The notes under the pieces: model-generated
Databases searched by the model: none
What the model saw: only the letters and a program-made list of their open reading frames with translations
What the model was told of the DNA's origin: nothing
IMG/VR virus record: IMGVR_UViG_3300044634_002660
Location: 1-62,854 of that record
Origin: a virus
Lineage: Duplodnaviria > Caudoviricetes
Direction: 5' to 3' (one strand)
DNA length: 62,854 bases
Translations under genes and position numbers: made by a program
In this document: positions 1-6,863 of the stretch, one piece after another
How the letters are laid out: each line of letters begins with the position of its first letter
Position numbering within the stretch: position 1 is the stretch's first letter

Positions 1-521
1 TTCTTTGTTGTGAATGATGGATCAAACAGTCTAACCCTATTATTTGGCTGGATGGCTAGATTGCCATCATCTCTAACAATCACATGACCACACTTGTGCT
101 GTCCCGGATTTGTGCTGAATCCGGTGTTCAGAATATTATCATCTGGAGAGTGCCAGTCAAGTGTGAAAAGGTATTTACCGTTAACAAATTCTCCGCTTCT
201 TGCAACATAGGTCATTCTCATATTCCTCATTGCATAGAACTCAGTAGCGGTTACATGGGATGAGAATGAGTTCCACAGAACAAGGTCATGAATATCCACC
301 TCAGGAACTCCAGGCTTCATGCAGAAAGCAGAAATTGGCATTCTCCACCAAACACCGCCATCCTCCATTATAAAATGGAACAGAGGACTTCTAGATGGGA
401 TAGAGGTCACTCCAAAGATTACGCAGGGGAAGTACTGATCGTGAGAATCTAATTGATTTCTTAGGTAGTTACCACGAACATAGCATTCAATTGATGGGAT
501 ATTTGCATTTAATTCAGGCAT
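1..521 (-). CDS. Conserved phage hypothetical protein (partial, runs off left edge)
   Basis: Not in ORF track. Manual translation from ATG at 521: MPELNANIPSIECYVRGNYLRNQLDSHDQYFPCVIFGV...GQHKCGHVIVRDDGNLAIQPNNRVRLFDPSFTTK, open to the window edge. The HKCxH and QPNNR motifs resemble a family common in aquatic phages. Confidence 0.75.
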   Translation of the reverse strand, partial: MPELNANIPSIECYVRGNYLRNQLDSHDQYFPCVIFGVTSIPSRSPLFHFIMEDGGVWWRMPISAFCMKPGVPEVDIHDLVLWNSFSSHVTATEFYAMRNMRMTYVARSGEFVNGKYLFTLDWHSPDDNILNTGFSTNPGQHKCGHVIVRDDGNLAIQPNNRVRLFDPSFTTK

Positions 522-795
522 TGTCAAACAGTCTATCAATAGCTTTCCACAAAGTAGGCCATTCGTTGCGATGTTTTTTCATAACATGATGATGATACTT
601 TGGAACAACCCCAGCATCTTTTACCGCTCTCTCAATATCGTTAAATATTGATCTATATCTATCGTTTTCCATCTTGGTAATCGCAGCTTCACTAGAGAAC
701 TTCTCTGCTGCTTTCATCCAAGTTTTAACTTGCTTTTCGTATTCCTGAATGCTTGCTTGCATATCACGGATTGTTGATTCATATTCATTTGACAT
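514..795 (-). CDS. Hypothetical coiled-coil protein
   Basis: The track ORF 514..921 runs through the tRNA. The plausible start is ATG 795 (MSNEYESTIRDMQASIQEYEKQ...). Confidence 0.65.
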   Translation of the reverse strand: MSNEYESTIRDMQASIQEYEKQVKTWMKAAEKFSSEAAITKMENDRYRSIFNDIERAVKDAGVVPKYHHHVMKKHRNEWPTLWKAIDRLFDNA

Positions 796-870
796 GGCTC
801 CCAGAGTAGGGCTTGAACCTACGACACGCGGATTAACAGTCCGCTGCTCTGCCAACTGAGCTATCTGGGA
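795..870 (-). tRNA. tRNA-Asn (GTT) with encoded CCA
   Basis: Minus strand reads TCCCAGATAGCTCAGTTGGCAGAGCAGCGGACTGTTAATCCGCGTGTCGTAGGTTCAAGCCCTACTCTGGGAGCCA, a 76-nt cloverleaf with GTT anticodon and GTTCAA T-loop. Confidence 0.97.
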
Positions 871-880
871 ATATATTGTG

Positions 881-889
881 AGTATATCA
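881..889 (-). promoter_or_regulatory. Extended -10 promoter for tRNA-Asn
   Basis: TGATATACT (TGn-TAnnnT) 10 nt upstream of the tRNA 5' end. Confidence 0.55.
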
Positions 890-894
890 GTTTG

Positions 895-998
895 TTGAGC
901 CGGTAAAAGCCAAACCCCCATGCTTTCACATGAGGGTCAGCCGTAACTATAACGGTCCCAAGGTAGCCTGCACTCGCGCAACAGACACCATAGGTGCC
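895..998 (-). ncRNA. Putative small RNA antisense to 23S rRNA domain IV (H69-H70)
   Basis: Plus strand 938-967 matches the conserved 23S sequence CGGCCGTAACTATAACGGTCCTAAGGTAGC at 28/30. A minus-strand TATAAT lies at 1005-1010. There is a 5' hairpin GGCACC-TAT-GGTGTC and a 3' hairpin ACCCTCATG-TGAAAG-CATGGGGGT followed by TTGGCTTTT. Boundaries are approximate. Confidence 0.7.
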
Positions 999-1004
999 AT
1001 AGTT

Positions 1005-1032
1005 ATTATACACTATCGGCTATTGTTGTAAA
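1005..1032 (-). promoter_or_regulatory. Sigma70-type promoter for the putative antisense RNA
   Basis: TTTACA-16 nt-TATAAT on the minus strand; a start 7 nt downstream falls on the first G of the GGCACC hairpin. Confidence 0.6.
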
Positions 1033-1186
1033 AGCCTCCACCTTTAAGTTGAATACCTGGAGGTGAGAATACTTGTTTAATAGCATCTCCACAAATTGGG
1101 CAACAGATAATCTTTTGATCTTCCGTTATCTTTCTTGTTTCTTCGATTTCATGTCCACTAAGGCATTTGTATTGATAAGTTGGCAT
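1013..1186 (-). CDS. FmdB-family zinc-ribbon protein (57 aa)
   Basis: Not in track. MPTYQYKCLSGHEIE...CCPICGDAIKQVFSPPGIQLKGGGFYNNSR has the characteristic MPxYxYxC..H, CPxCG and KGxGFY motifs. Confidence 0.85.
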   Translation of the reverse strand: MPTYQYKCLSGHEIEETRKITEDQKIICCPICGDAIKQVFSPPGIQLKGGGFYNNSR

Positions 1187-1262
1187 TTAATCCTTCATTC
1201 CTAATAAAACAATGAAGACAACTACTCGGTAATATGCTCTATGGATTTTTCTATAGGTACGC

Positions 1263-1874
1263 TTAATCATTTTGCTCCTGAACAAAAATCTGAAATGGCG
1301 ATCCTGTATACGGATCAAACTTTGATGTGATTGAAAGGGCTTTATTTATAGCCGCTTTTGCTTTTTGGATTGGGAGTTGCTTTCCTCCCGTGATTGCCTG
1401 TATAGCACCAAGAGCATACGAAGAACCACTGCCGATTGCATAAACACCAGTACGGTCAGAAGTCCAAGAGTAGTCCCCATCAATTATATATATTACACCA
1501 TTAACAACCACAACAATTGTAGAGTTATGTTCTGCCATATGATTCTTTGTATCATTATCTGGCATGGCGTATCCATGATTCTCAAAACAATTTCTTAATG
1601 ATGGAATAAATTTTTGTGTAATAAAATGATCTAACTTAGCACCACCTTCCGAAAAAGTCGGTGTTGGAGGAACAAAGACATGGTGAAGTATGTTTATAGC
1701 TCGAACATCTCCAGCAGCTCCTAGGAGATATTTACCATTTTGAGCAATTTTTGCTGTTCCTGTTCCAAGCGTTGTGATTTGGAAAGCCATCCCTTGTTCA
1801 TCAAAAGATGAAACCCGTGAATCAGTACCTACTACAGAATAAGTATCTCCCTGAATAGCAACAATTGTAGTCAT
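1263..1874 (-). CDS. Ntn-hydrolase, proteasome beta/HslV-like threonine protease
   Basis: N-terminal M-TTIV (catalytic Thr1), DSR, downstream K, AIGSGS and D-x-x-T-G near the C-terminus. Confidence 0.8.
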   Translation of the reverse strand: MTTIVAIQGDTYSVVGTDSRVSSFDEQGMAFQITTLGTGTAKIAQNGKYLLGAAGDVRAINILHHVFVPPTPTFSEGGAKLDHFITQKFIPSLRNCFENHGYAMPDNDTKNHMAEHNSTIVVVVNGVIYIIDGDYSWTSDRTGVYAIGSGSSYALGAIQAITGGKQLPIQKAKAAINKALSITSKFDPYTGSPFQIFVQEQND

Positions 1875-1891
1875 ACAAATATCCTACACTA

Positions 1892-2491
1892 TTATTTGGT
1901 AGTATTTGCACTCATTGGTAGCAAAAATGTCTGATTTATCCACATGATGCTCAAAACCGAGTAGCCAATGACATCTAACAAATTATCTTTAATAGATTCA
2001 TTTTCTGGATTAAGATTGTTATTAACTAAATTCTCAAGTCTTCCAATTTTATCGTGCATTCTTATAATTAAACCATTAAGTCCAAATCTTGAAATATTAG
2101 ATGGGCCATAATCTTTTTGTTTTTTAATTACAGTTTTATTTACAACATCTCGATATTCATCAAGACTAAACTTCAAGTCTATTTCTTTTGATGCAAGGAT
2201 GGAAAAACTTGATAATGCTACCCAATACTGAGTAATTGTTTTAGCTAATTCATAATCATATTCAACATCATCAAATTTCCATATTTTTTTATCAATCATA
2301 TCGTCAAGAGTTAAGATCATGTTCATTAAATGATTTTTATCAAAATTAAGATTTCCAAATGTTAAAGAGAAACCTTCTGAATATCTTCTATCAAGTTCTA
2401 ATATATCTTCAAATAAAGAATTAACAGTGATAGTGCATGATTGCTCCCAACTACCACAGATTTTTGCATCTTTAATTTTATCCAAAAGCAT
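1892..2491 (-). CDS. DUF1599 / nucleotide-modification-associated domain protein
   Basis: C-terminal KKQKDYG...RMHDKIGRLENL...ESIKDNLLDVIGY is typical of this MazG-like family. Confidence 0.7.
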   Translation of the reverse strand: MLLDKIKDAKICGSWEQSCTITVNSLFEDILELDRRYSEGFSLTFGNLNFDKNHLMNMILTLDDMIDKKIWKFDDVEYDYELAKTITQYWVALSSFSILASKEIDLKFSLDEYRDVVNKTVIKKQKDYGPSNISRFGLNGLIIRMHDKIGRLENLVNNNLNPENESIKDNLLDVIGYSVLSIMWINQTFLLPMSANTTK

Positions 2492-2913
2492 TACTTAGAA
2501 GCTTTTCTTTCTTTTTCTGGATCAATGATTTCAAACATTCCTCTTTCAATTTTTTTGAAATAAGAACGATTATCTCTATGAAAATTATAAACAGTAGGAA
2601 CAGAGATGTTTAGCTCTTCGGCAACTTTAGCAAAATTTATGGTCTTGCCAGTATTTGTTTTTAAGTAATTTTCAATAAGTTTTGTCTTAGATGTTCTCTT
2701 CGATGAATTTCCTGTTTTACCAGTTGTGAAAGAGAAATAAGACATCCATTTTTCAACCGCTTCTTTTGAAACAGCGTAGTAAGAAGAAATCTCAGAAATG
2801 GACTTTCCATCTGCAAACCCAGTGATTACAGAGTAAGCAATCCTTCTTTCTTCTGCATCAATGGATGATGGGATTTTTGTAATATAGTTATCAATTTCAG
2901 CTCTAGTTAGCAT
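2491..2913 (-). CDS. Helix-turn-helix DNA-binding protein
   Basis: Two HTH-like segments (GKSISEISSYYAVSKEAVEKW; INFAKVAEELNISVPTVYNF). Confidence 0.6.
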   Translation of the reverse strand: MLTRAEIDNYITKIPSSIDAEERRIAYSVITGFADGKSISEISSYYAVSKEAVEKWMSYFSFTTGKTGNSSKRTSKTKLIENYLKTNTGKTINFAKVAEELNISVPTVYNFHRDNRSYFKKIERGMFEIIDPEKERKASK

Positions 2914-2977
2914 ATTGGACCTTTCTATTGTCGGAATTGAATCATATCAGGAATTTTCACAAATAATGCACAATTTT

Positions 2978-3050
2978 AAAAAAAGATAAAGATATAGCGC
3001 CTTAGTTCACGATCATAATCTTTCGAAATACAACCGCCCAAGGCGCTATA
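2978..3050 (-). terminator. Long stem-loop followed by U-tract (terminator or structured RNA)
   Basis: Perfect inverted repeat TATAGCGCCTT (2993-3003) / AAGGCGCTATA (3040-3050). The inner stem extends through G-U pairs on the minus strand and is followed by TCTTTATCTTTTTTT. Confidence 0.6.
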
Positions 3051-3058
3051 CCAGATTT

Positions 3059-3250
3059 CTATTTTTTCAAATGCCAATCAATATGATTGTCTAATTTTTC
3101 TCCAACGCTACGAACATCGTCATGAAGGTTCTGAAGAGAGTTATAAACCGTATTGTGGTCATCTTTATTCTCTTTACGAGCCTTCTGTATTAAAGCAACA
3201 AGAACAGAGAAAACCCCTGTTATTATTACTCCAATAATTCCAATATCCAT
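3059..3250 (-). CDS. Small membrane protein (N-terminal TM plus coiled coil)
   Basis: Hydrophobic N-terminus, ends LDNHIDWH; overlaps the upstream stop. Confidence 0.6.
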   Translation of the reverse strand: MDIGIIGVIITGVFSVLVALIQKARKENKDDHNTVYNSLQNLHDDVRSVGEKLDNHIDWHLKK

Positions 3251-3630
3251 CAGTCATTCAACAGGAATTTAGCGATTGCTTCAACTTCCATGTCGAAATC
3301 GCCATACTGAGCTGCATGCTCTTCAAGAATTGCAATCAAGTCTGACTTCTTAACCTCTGGGTCAAGAGCGATCTCTTTTGTAGGGGAGGTCTTTCCTGCA
3401 CCAGATGTTGGTGTGTCTGCAGAACCGGCTGTTGGGATTGATGTAACCTTTTTTTCCGGGTCAAGAGGAACTTCGTTCATCATTGACTTCATAATGTCAG
3501 CTTGCGAGTTATGCCAAGCAGCTGCTTTGATATGATCTTGCATTGATTCAGCAGCTGATTTAGCCATCTCCTCATGCCAAGACTTCATTGAATCATGATC
3601 TTGAATCATTTTATCAATATTGTATTTCAT
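3250..3630 (-). CDS. Hypothetical protein
   Basis: 126-aa ORF with an AGGAG RBS, in tight operon context. Confidence 0.65.
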   Translation of the reverse strand: MKYNIDKMIQDHDSMKSWHEEMAKSAAESMQDHIKAAAWHNSQADIMKSMMNEVPLDPEKKVTSIPTAGSADTPTSGAGKTSPTKEIALDPEVKKSDLIAILEEHAAQYGDFDMEVEAIAKFLLND

Positions 3631-3631
3631 T

Positions 3632-4609
3632 TTATTTCTCCTTATTAAGTAATAAATCTCTAATCATAGAGATAAGAGATGACATTGAATTCTCTTCTTC
3701 GTCATCCTCTTCTTCTTCGTCTTCCATTTCTGGAGACACTAGACCGTCTGGAATTACAGCAAATCTGCACTTCCCTTCGTCTTCTACTTGTTGAGCGATA
3801 ATTTTACAAATACCATCACCCTCGTATAGAACACAATTTCCACATTTAACACCGATGCTTTTTACTTCGTTTTCTTCTGGGCTATCATAACCAGCCCAAA
3901 TACCAGTTTCATCTTCGTTAAACTTACCATAATTTGATGCAATTGTTACCAAAGCATCTGCAAGTGCAGCCTCTTCTTCTGCAAGATCTTCTGCAACCTT
4001 TTCCACATTCTCTTTTGTCACTCTGTAACCTCCACCCCTTCTTTTATATTCACGGACAAGCCATGCGTTTGCGTATGCAGAAGGGTATACATCAAACTTT
4101 GCTTTTGCCTCAGATTTAATCCTGGCATAGAGTTCTGGATTTGTTGGCACATTTGCCTTCTCCATATCCTCTTTATCTGTTGAAACATTGATTGGTTTTT
4201 TACCATCTCTTGTTTCAGTTGTCTCCGCTCTTCTCTTTCGTCTTACAGCAGATTCAATCTGTTCAGGTGTCATTCTTGCTGCTCTTGATGCAGGAACACA
4301 CTTTGGGTACTTACCACTGCTTGCATCACTTCTTCCGCAAGGTTCAAAACCACCACCGGGTTTTGGTCTGGAGATATCAACCCATCTCTCCTTAAACCAT
4401 TCTTTAAGAGATTTTACTGCCTCTTCAACAATTGGCTCAGTAGATTCGTTTTTGTTTTCATACTCGCCAGTAGCAATACCCTGAACAGTTGCTTTCCTTT
4501 TTGCTTCACCCATTGATTCAGCATTTCCTCGCTCATAGATATAGCATTTACCGCTATCTCCCCATTTAAAACCGGGTTGACCGTTATTTGAGCATGGATT
4601 TACAGGCAT
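3632..4609 (-). CDS. Multi-module phage protein (DUF5872-like modules plus Cys cluster)
   Basis: Modules GFKWGDSGKCY; SLKEWFKERWVDI..CGR..YPKCVP; PTNPELYARIKSEAKAKFDVYPSAYANAWLVREYKRRGG; CGNCVLY..C..C. These resemble small modules in other large phages. Confidence 0.6.
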   Translation of the reverse strand: MPVNPCSNNGQPGFKWGDSGKCYIYERGNAESMGEAKRKATVQGIATGEYENKNESTEPIVEEAVKSLKEWFKERWVDISRPKPGGGFEPCGRSDASSGKYPKCVPASRAARMTPEQIESAVRRKRRAETTETRDGKKPINVSTDKEDMEKANVPTNPELYARIKSEAKAKFDVYPSAYANAWLVREYKRRGGGYRVTKENVEKVAEDLAEEEAALADALVTIASNYGKFNEDETGIWAGYDSPEENEVKSIGVKCGNCVLYEGDGICKIIAQQVEDEGKCRFAVIPDGLVSPEMEDEEEEDDEEENSMSSLISMIRDLLLNKEK

Positions 4610-4631
4610 AGTAGAACCATTTTACCATGAT

Positions 4632-4967
4632 TCACTTGTAATAGCTGTATAATTCTTCCCTATTCCATCTCTGAACAGGTATTGAAAGAGAATTGAATTC
4701 TGCATAGGCCTGTTCCGTTGAGTAAACAATTCTAGCGTATGCTTTTCTAGCACCCTCGTCATAAACAGGACAGTCGGGATTGGGATCTAGGTACAAAGCC
4801 TTGTATTGATACATGTCTTCTTCCCAATGAATTGCATTAACCACTTTTAACTTTTGGTAACAGTATGGGCACTCTTTATCTGGATAGGGGAAATTTGGAA
4901 GAACACGACCCATTATCAATCCGGGTATGTCTAAACTGTTCAATCCGGGGATGTTTATATTATTCAT
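4632..4967 (-). CDS. Hypothetical protein
   Basis: 111-aa ORF with CPYC, overlapping the adjacent gene. Confidence 0.6.
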   Translation of the reverse strand: MNNINIPGLNSLDIPGLIMGRVLPNFPYPDKECPYCYQKLKVVNAIHWEEDMYQYKALYLDPNPDCPVYDEGARKAYARIVYSTEQAYAEFNSLSIPVQRWNREELYSYYK

Positions 4968-5202
4968 CTATTTTTGACCTCAGTAGGAAATCAATAATAT
5001 CATCAATATTTTTTCTTGCAATATCGATGCCATCCATTAAGCAAGAAAGCTCTTCAATATTCATTACATAATCATCAGATGGACTTGATATATAAAAAAC
5101 TGGGGCAAATGTATCTTCAAAAGGAACGGTTTTTATTGTTATCTCAAGAGTTTCAAAATCACCGATATCTTCATTGCCAGAATATGGGACTATTCTCGTC
5201 AT
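4960..5202 (-). CDS. Hypothetical protein
   Basis: 80-aa ORF in the tightly packed minus-strand operon. Confidence 0.55.
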   Translation of the reverse strand: MTRIVPYSGNEDIGDFETLEITIKTVPFEDTFAPVFYISSPSDDYVMNIEELSCLMDGIDIARKNIDDIIDFLLRSKIDE

Positions 5203-5581
5203 AATCTACCCCTTCCTCAGTAATTGTTATAACATTATAGTTTAAAACAACTAATTGCTGTGCCAAAACAGTCAACATCTTTGTTTCTTTAGTTATTTTT
5301 GAACCAAAAAAAACAACAACAATGTAATCTTCTTTTTTAATTTTATTAAATAATAAAAAGTTTTTATCTTTAAGAATCTTTGCTCTTTTATTTCCAGAAA
5401 ACGACATATAAACTTTAAGGAAACCAGATGTAGTTGCTGGAGAAACATACACATCAACAATTGACTCTGACAGCTCTTTGCAGAAATCTTTTATGTGCTT
5501 ATGCGGATACCCAGTATCTGATAGGGCTAATACTTTTTTATCTTTAAGATAGGATTTAAAATCAATTTGATTTTGATGCAT
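5171..5581 (-). CDS. Hypothetical protein
   Basis: 136-aa ORF in operon context. Confidence 0.55.
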   Translation of the reverse strand: MHQNQIDFKSYLKDKKVLALSDTGYPHKHIKDFCKELSESIVDVYVSPATTSGFLKVYMSFSGNKRAKILKDKNFLLFNKIKKEDYIVVVFFGSKITKETKMLTVLAQQLVVLNYNVITITEEGVDYDENSPIFWQ

Positions 5582-5723
5582 ATAACGCTGCCGTTATGTT
5601 TAATGCAACAACGATTATTGCTGGTCCAACAAAACCAGGGTCAAAATTCCATCCATACTGAACTCCAAGATTAAGCAAAAGAGTGTTTAGAGAAATCCAA
5701 AAAATAAATAATAAAAATGTCAT
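5562..5723 (-). CDS. Small two-TM membrane protein (53 aa)
   Basis: Not in track. MTFLLFIFWISLNTLLLNLGVQYGWNFDPGFVGPAIIVVALNITAALYASKSN; ATGA overlap with the thyX stop. Confidence 0.55.
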   Translation of the reverse strand: MTFLLFIFWISLNTLLLNLGVQYGWNFDPGFVGPAIIVVALNITAALYASKSN

Positions 5724-6415
5724 ATTGCTACTCTATCAGATTTTACAAAAGATTCATGGGTGATTGGCATTTTCTTCATAAAAATATATTCAATTGCTTT
5801 TGCATATTCATTAATCTCATATTGTGCATTGTTATCGTTACGCAACGAAATAAAATTAATAAGACTCCTTGCATTAACAGTCCAAATAAACTCTGTGTAT
5901 TGAGTTACTGGCAATACACATCGAGCAATCTCTTTTGCTACACCAGCTTCAATAAGTTTATAGTAAGCAGAGTCGGCCTCTAGAATTGACTTTTGGAATA
6001 CAGAATAGAATAAATCTTTAACTTCTGGATCTTCAATTTCCTCAAAAGAATAAGCTCCGGGCTTACCTATCTGCTTTCTAATATTTTTATACGAAGGGGT
6101 ATAGTAATCAATCTGCTCTGGCTGATAGTATCTCATACTCATCTCATTAAAAGATGACCAGCGATGACGCATCCACTCCCTTGCAACAAAAATGGGAGCC
6201 TTTATGCGGAATTTAAAAACGGAATGTTCAAAAGGAGTCGCATGTTTGTTTTTCATAAGATAATTGATCAATCCAACGCCTGATTCATCAATTTCATTTT
6301 TACTGGCTGCGAAGGAAACTTTGGCAGCGTTTATGACATCAAGATCTGAAGCCATGCAGTCTAAAAGTTCTACAAAGCCGAAGTCCAAGATTTCATGAAA
6401 GTGTTCATTACTCAT
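5720..6415 (-). CDS. thyX: Flavin-dependent thymidylate synthase
   Basis: HATPFEH, signature RHRWSSFNEMSMRY, AKEIARCVLP, NARSLINFISLR, AQYEI. Confidence 0.96.
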   Translation of the reverse strand: MSNEHFHEILDFGFVELLDCMASDLDVINAAKVSFAASKNEIDESGVGLINYLMKNKHATPFEHSVFKFRIKAPIFVAREWMRHRWSSFNEMSMRYYQPEQIDYYTPSYKNIRKQIGKPGAYSFEEIEDPEVKDLFYSVFQKSILEADSAYYKLIEAGVAKEIARCVLPVTQYTEFIWTVNARSLINFISLRNDNNAQYEINEYAKAIEYIFMKKMPITHESFVKSDRVAI

Positions 6416-6434
6416 GTCCAGTATGCTATCACTG

Positions 6435-6595
6435 AGAAAAGAAAAATTTTGTATTTTTTGAAATTTTTAGATTTTCTCTGGTATGCTTCGCATCGAAGGA
6501 TGCGCCAGTATACTAAGTACACCAAGTATACTAAGAGATACTTAATAGTATTAAAGTATTAATAGTGTACTAATAACTCACTAATAGTAAGATAT
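6435..6595. repeat. AT-rich divergent intergenic region with short repeats (candidate origin or regulatory region)
   Basis: A/T tracts at 6437-6475; hairpin CGCATC-GAAG-GATGCG at 6489-6504; AGTATACTAAG at 6507 and 6525; repeated TAATAGT/AGTATT words. It sits at the coding-strand switch. Confidence 0.5.
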
Positions 6596-6599
6596 ATAT

Positions 6600-6848
6600 A
6601 TGAAAATAATAGCAATTGTGGAATCTGAGGATTGTGGTCCTTTTGTAATTCTTGACGAAAATGCTATTTCGATAGTTAAATGTTCTGATTTCTATATCGC
6701 TGCAACATATTGCGCGTTTACTGGTAGAGCACTAACCTGTGAAATTTCTGACGAGTGTGCTGAGAAATTAATGGAAAATGGTGTAAAATGTCTAGACTTC
6801 AATGACGAGATAAACTTGTCAAAAGAAATATCTGACAAGAAAGACTAA
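6600..6848 (+). CDS. Hypothetical protein
   Basis: 82-aa ORF, TAAGAT -10 six nt before the ATG. Confidence 0.6.
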   Translation: MKIIAIVESEDCGPFVILDENAISIVKCSDFYIAATYCAFTGRALTCEISDECAEKLMENGVKCLDFNDEINLSKEISDKKD

Positions 6849-6863
6849 CAACAGTAAAATTCT

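Noticed and set aside
796-921. N-terminal extension of track ORF 514..921
   Set aside because: It is a translation of the tRNA-Asn gene and the small-RNA hairpin.
944-969. I-CeuI homing site, rRNA gene remnant or att site
   Set aside because: No LAGLIDADG gene, intron or integrase is in the window. The match is discontinuous, skips H71 and has wobble-type changes, which fits RNA pairing better than a DNA target or a captured fragment.
900-982. Sense-strand H69 mimic (decoy)
   Set aside because: The promoter and neighbouring genes are on the minus strand, and a939 breaks the H69 closing pair in the sense orientation. Kept only as a minor alternative.
947-1000. 17-aa ORF MAPMVSVARVQATLGPL on the minus strand
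   Set aside because: The ATG is only 4 nt from the -10 box, so it probably lies upstream of the transcription start. The C-terminal residues are simply the reverse complement of the rRNA match. Not fully excluded.
6500-6595. CRISPR-like array
   Set aside because: Repeats are 7-11 bp, irregular and lack unique spacers.
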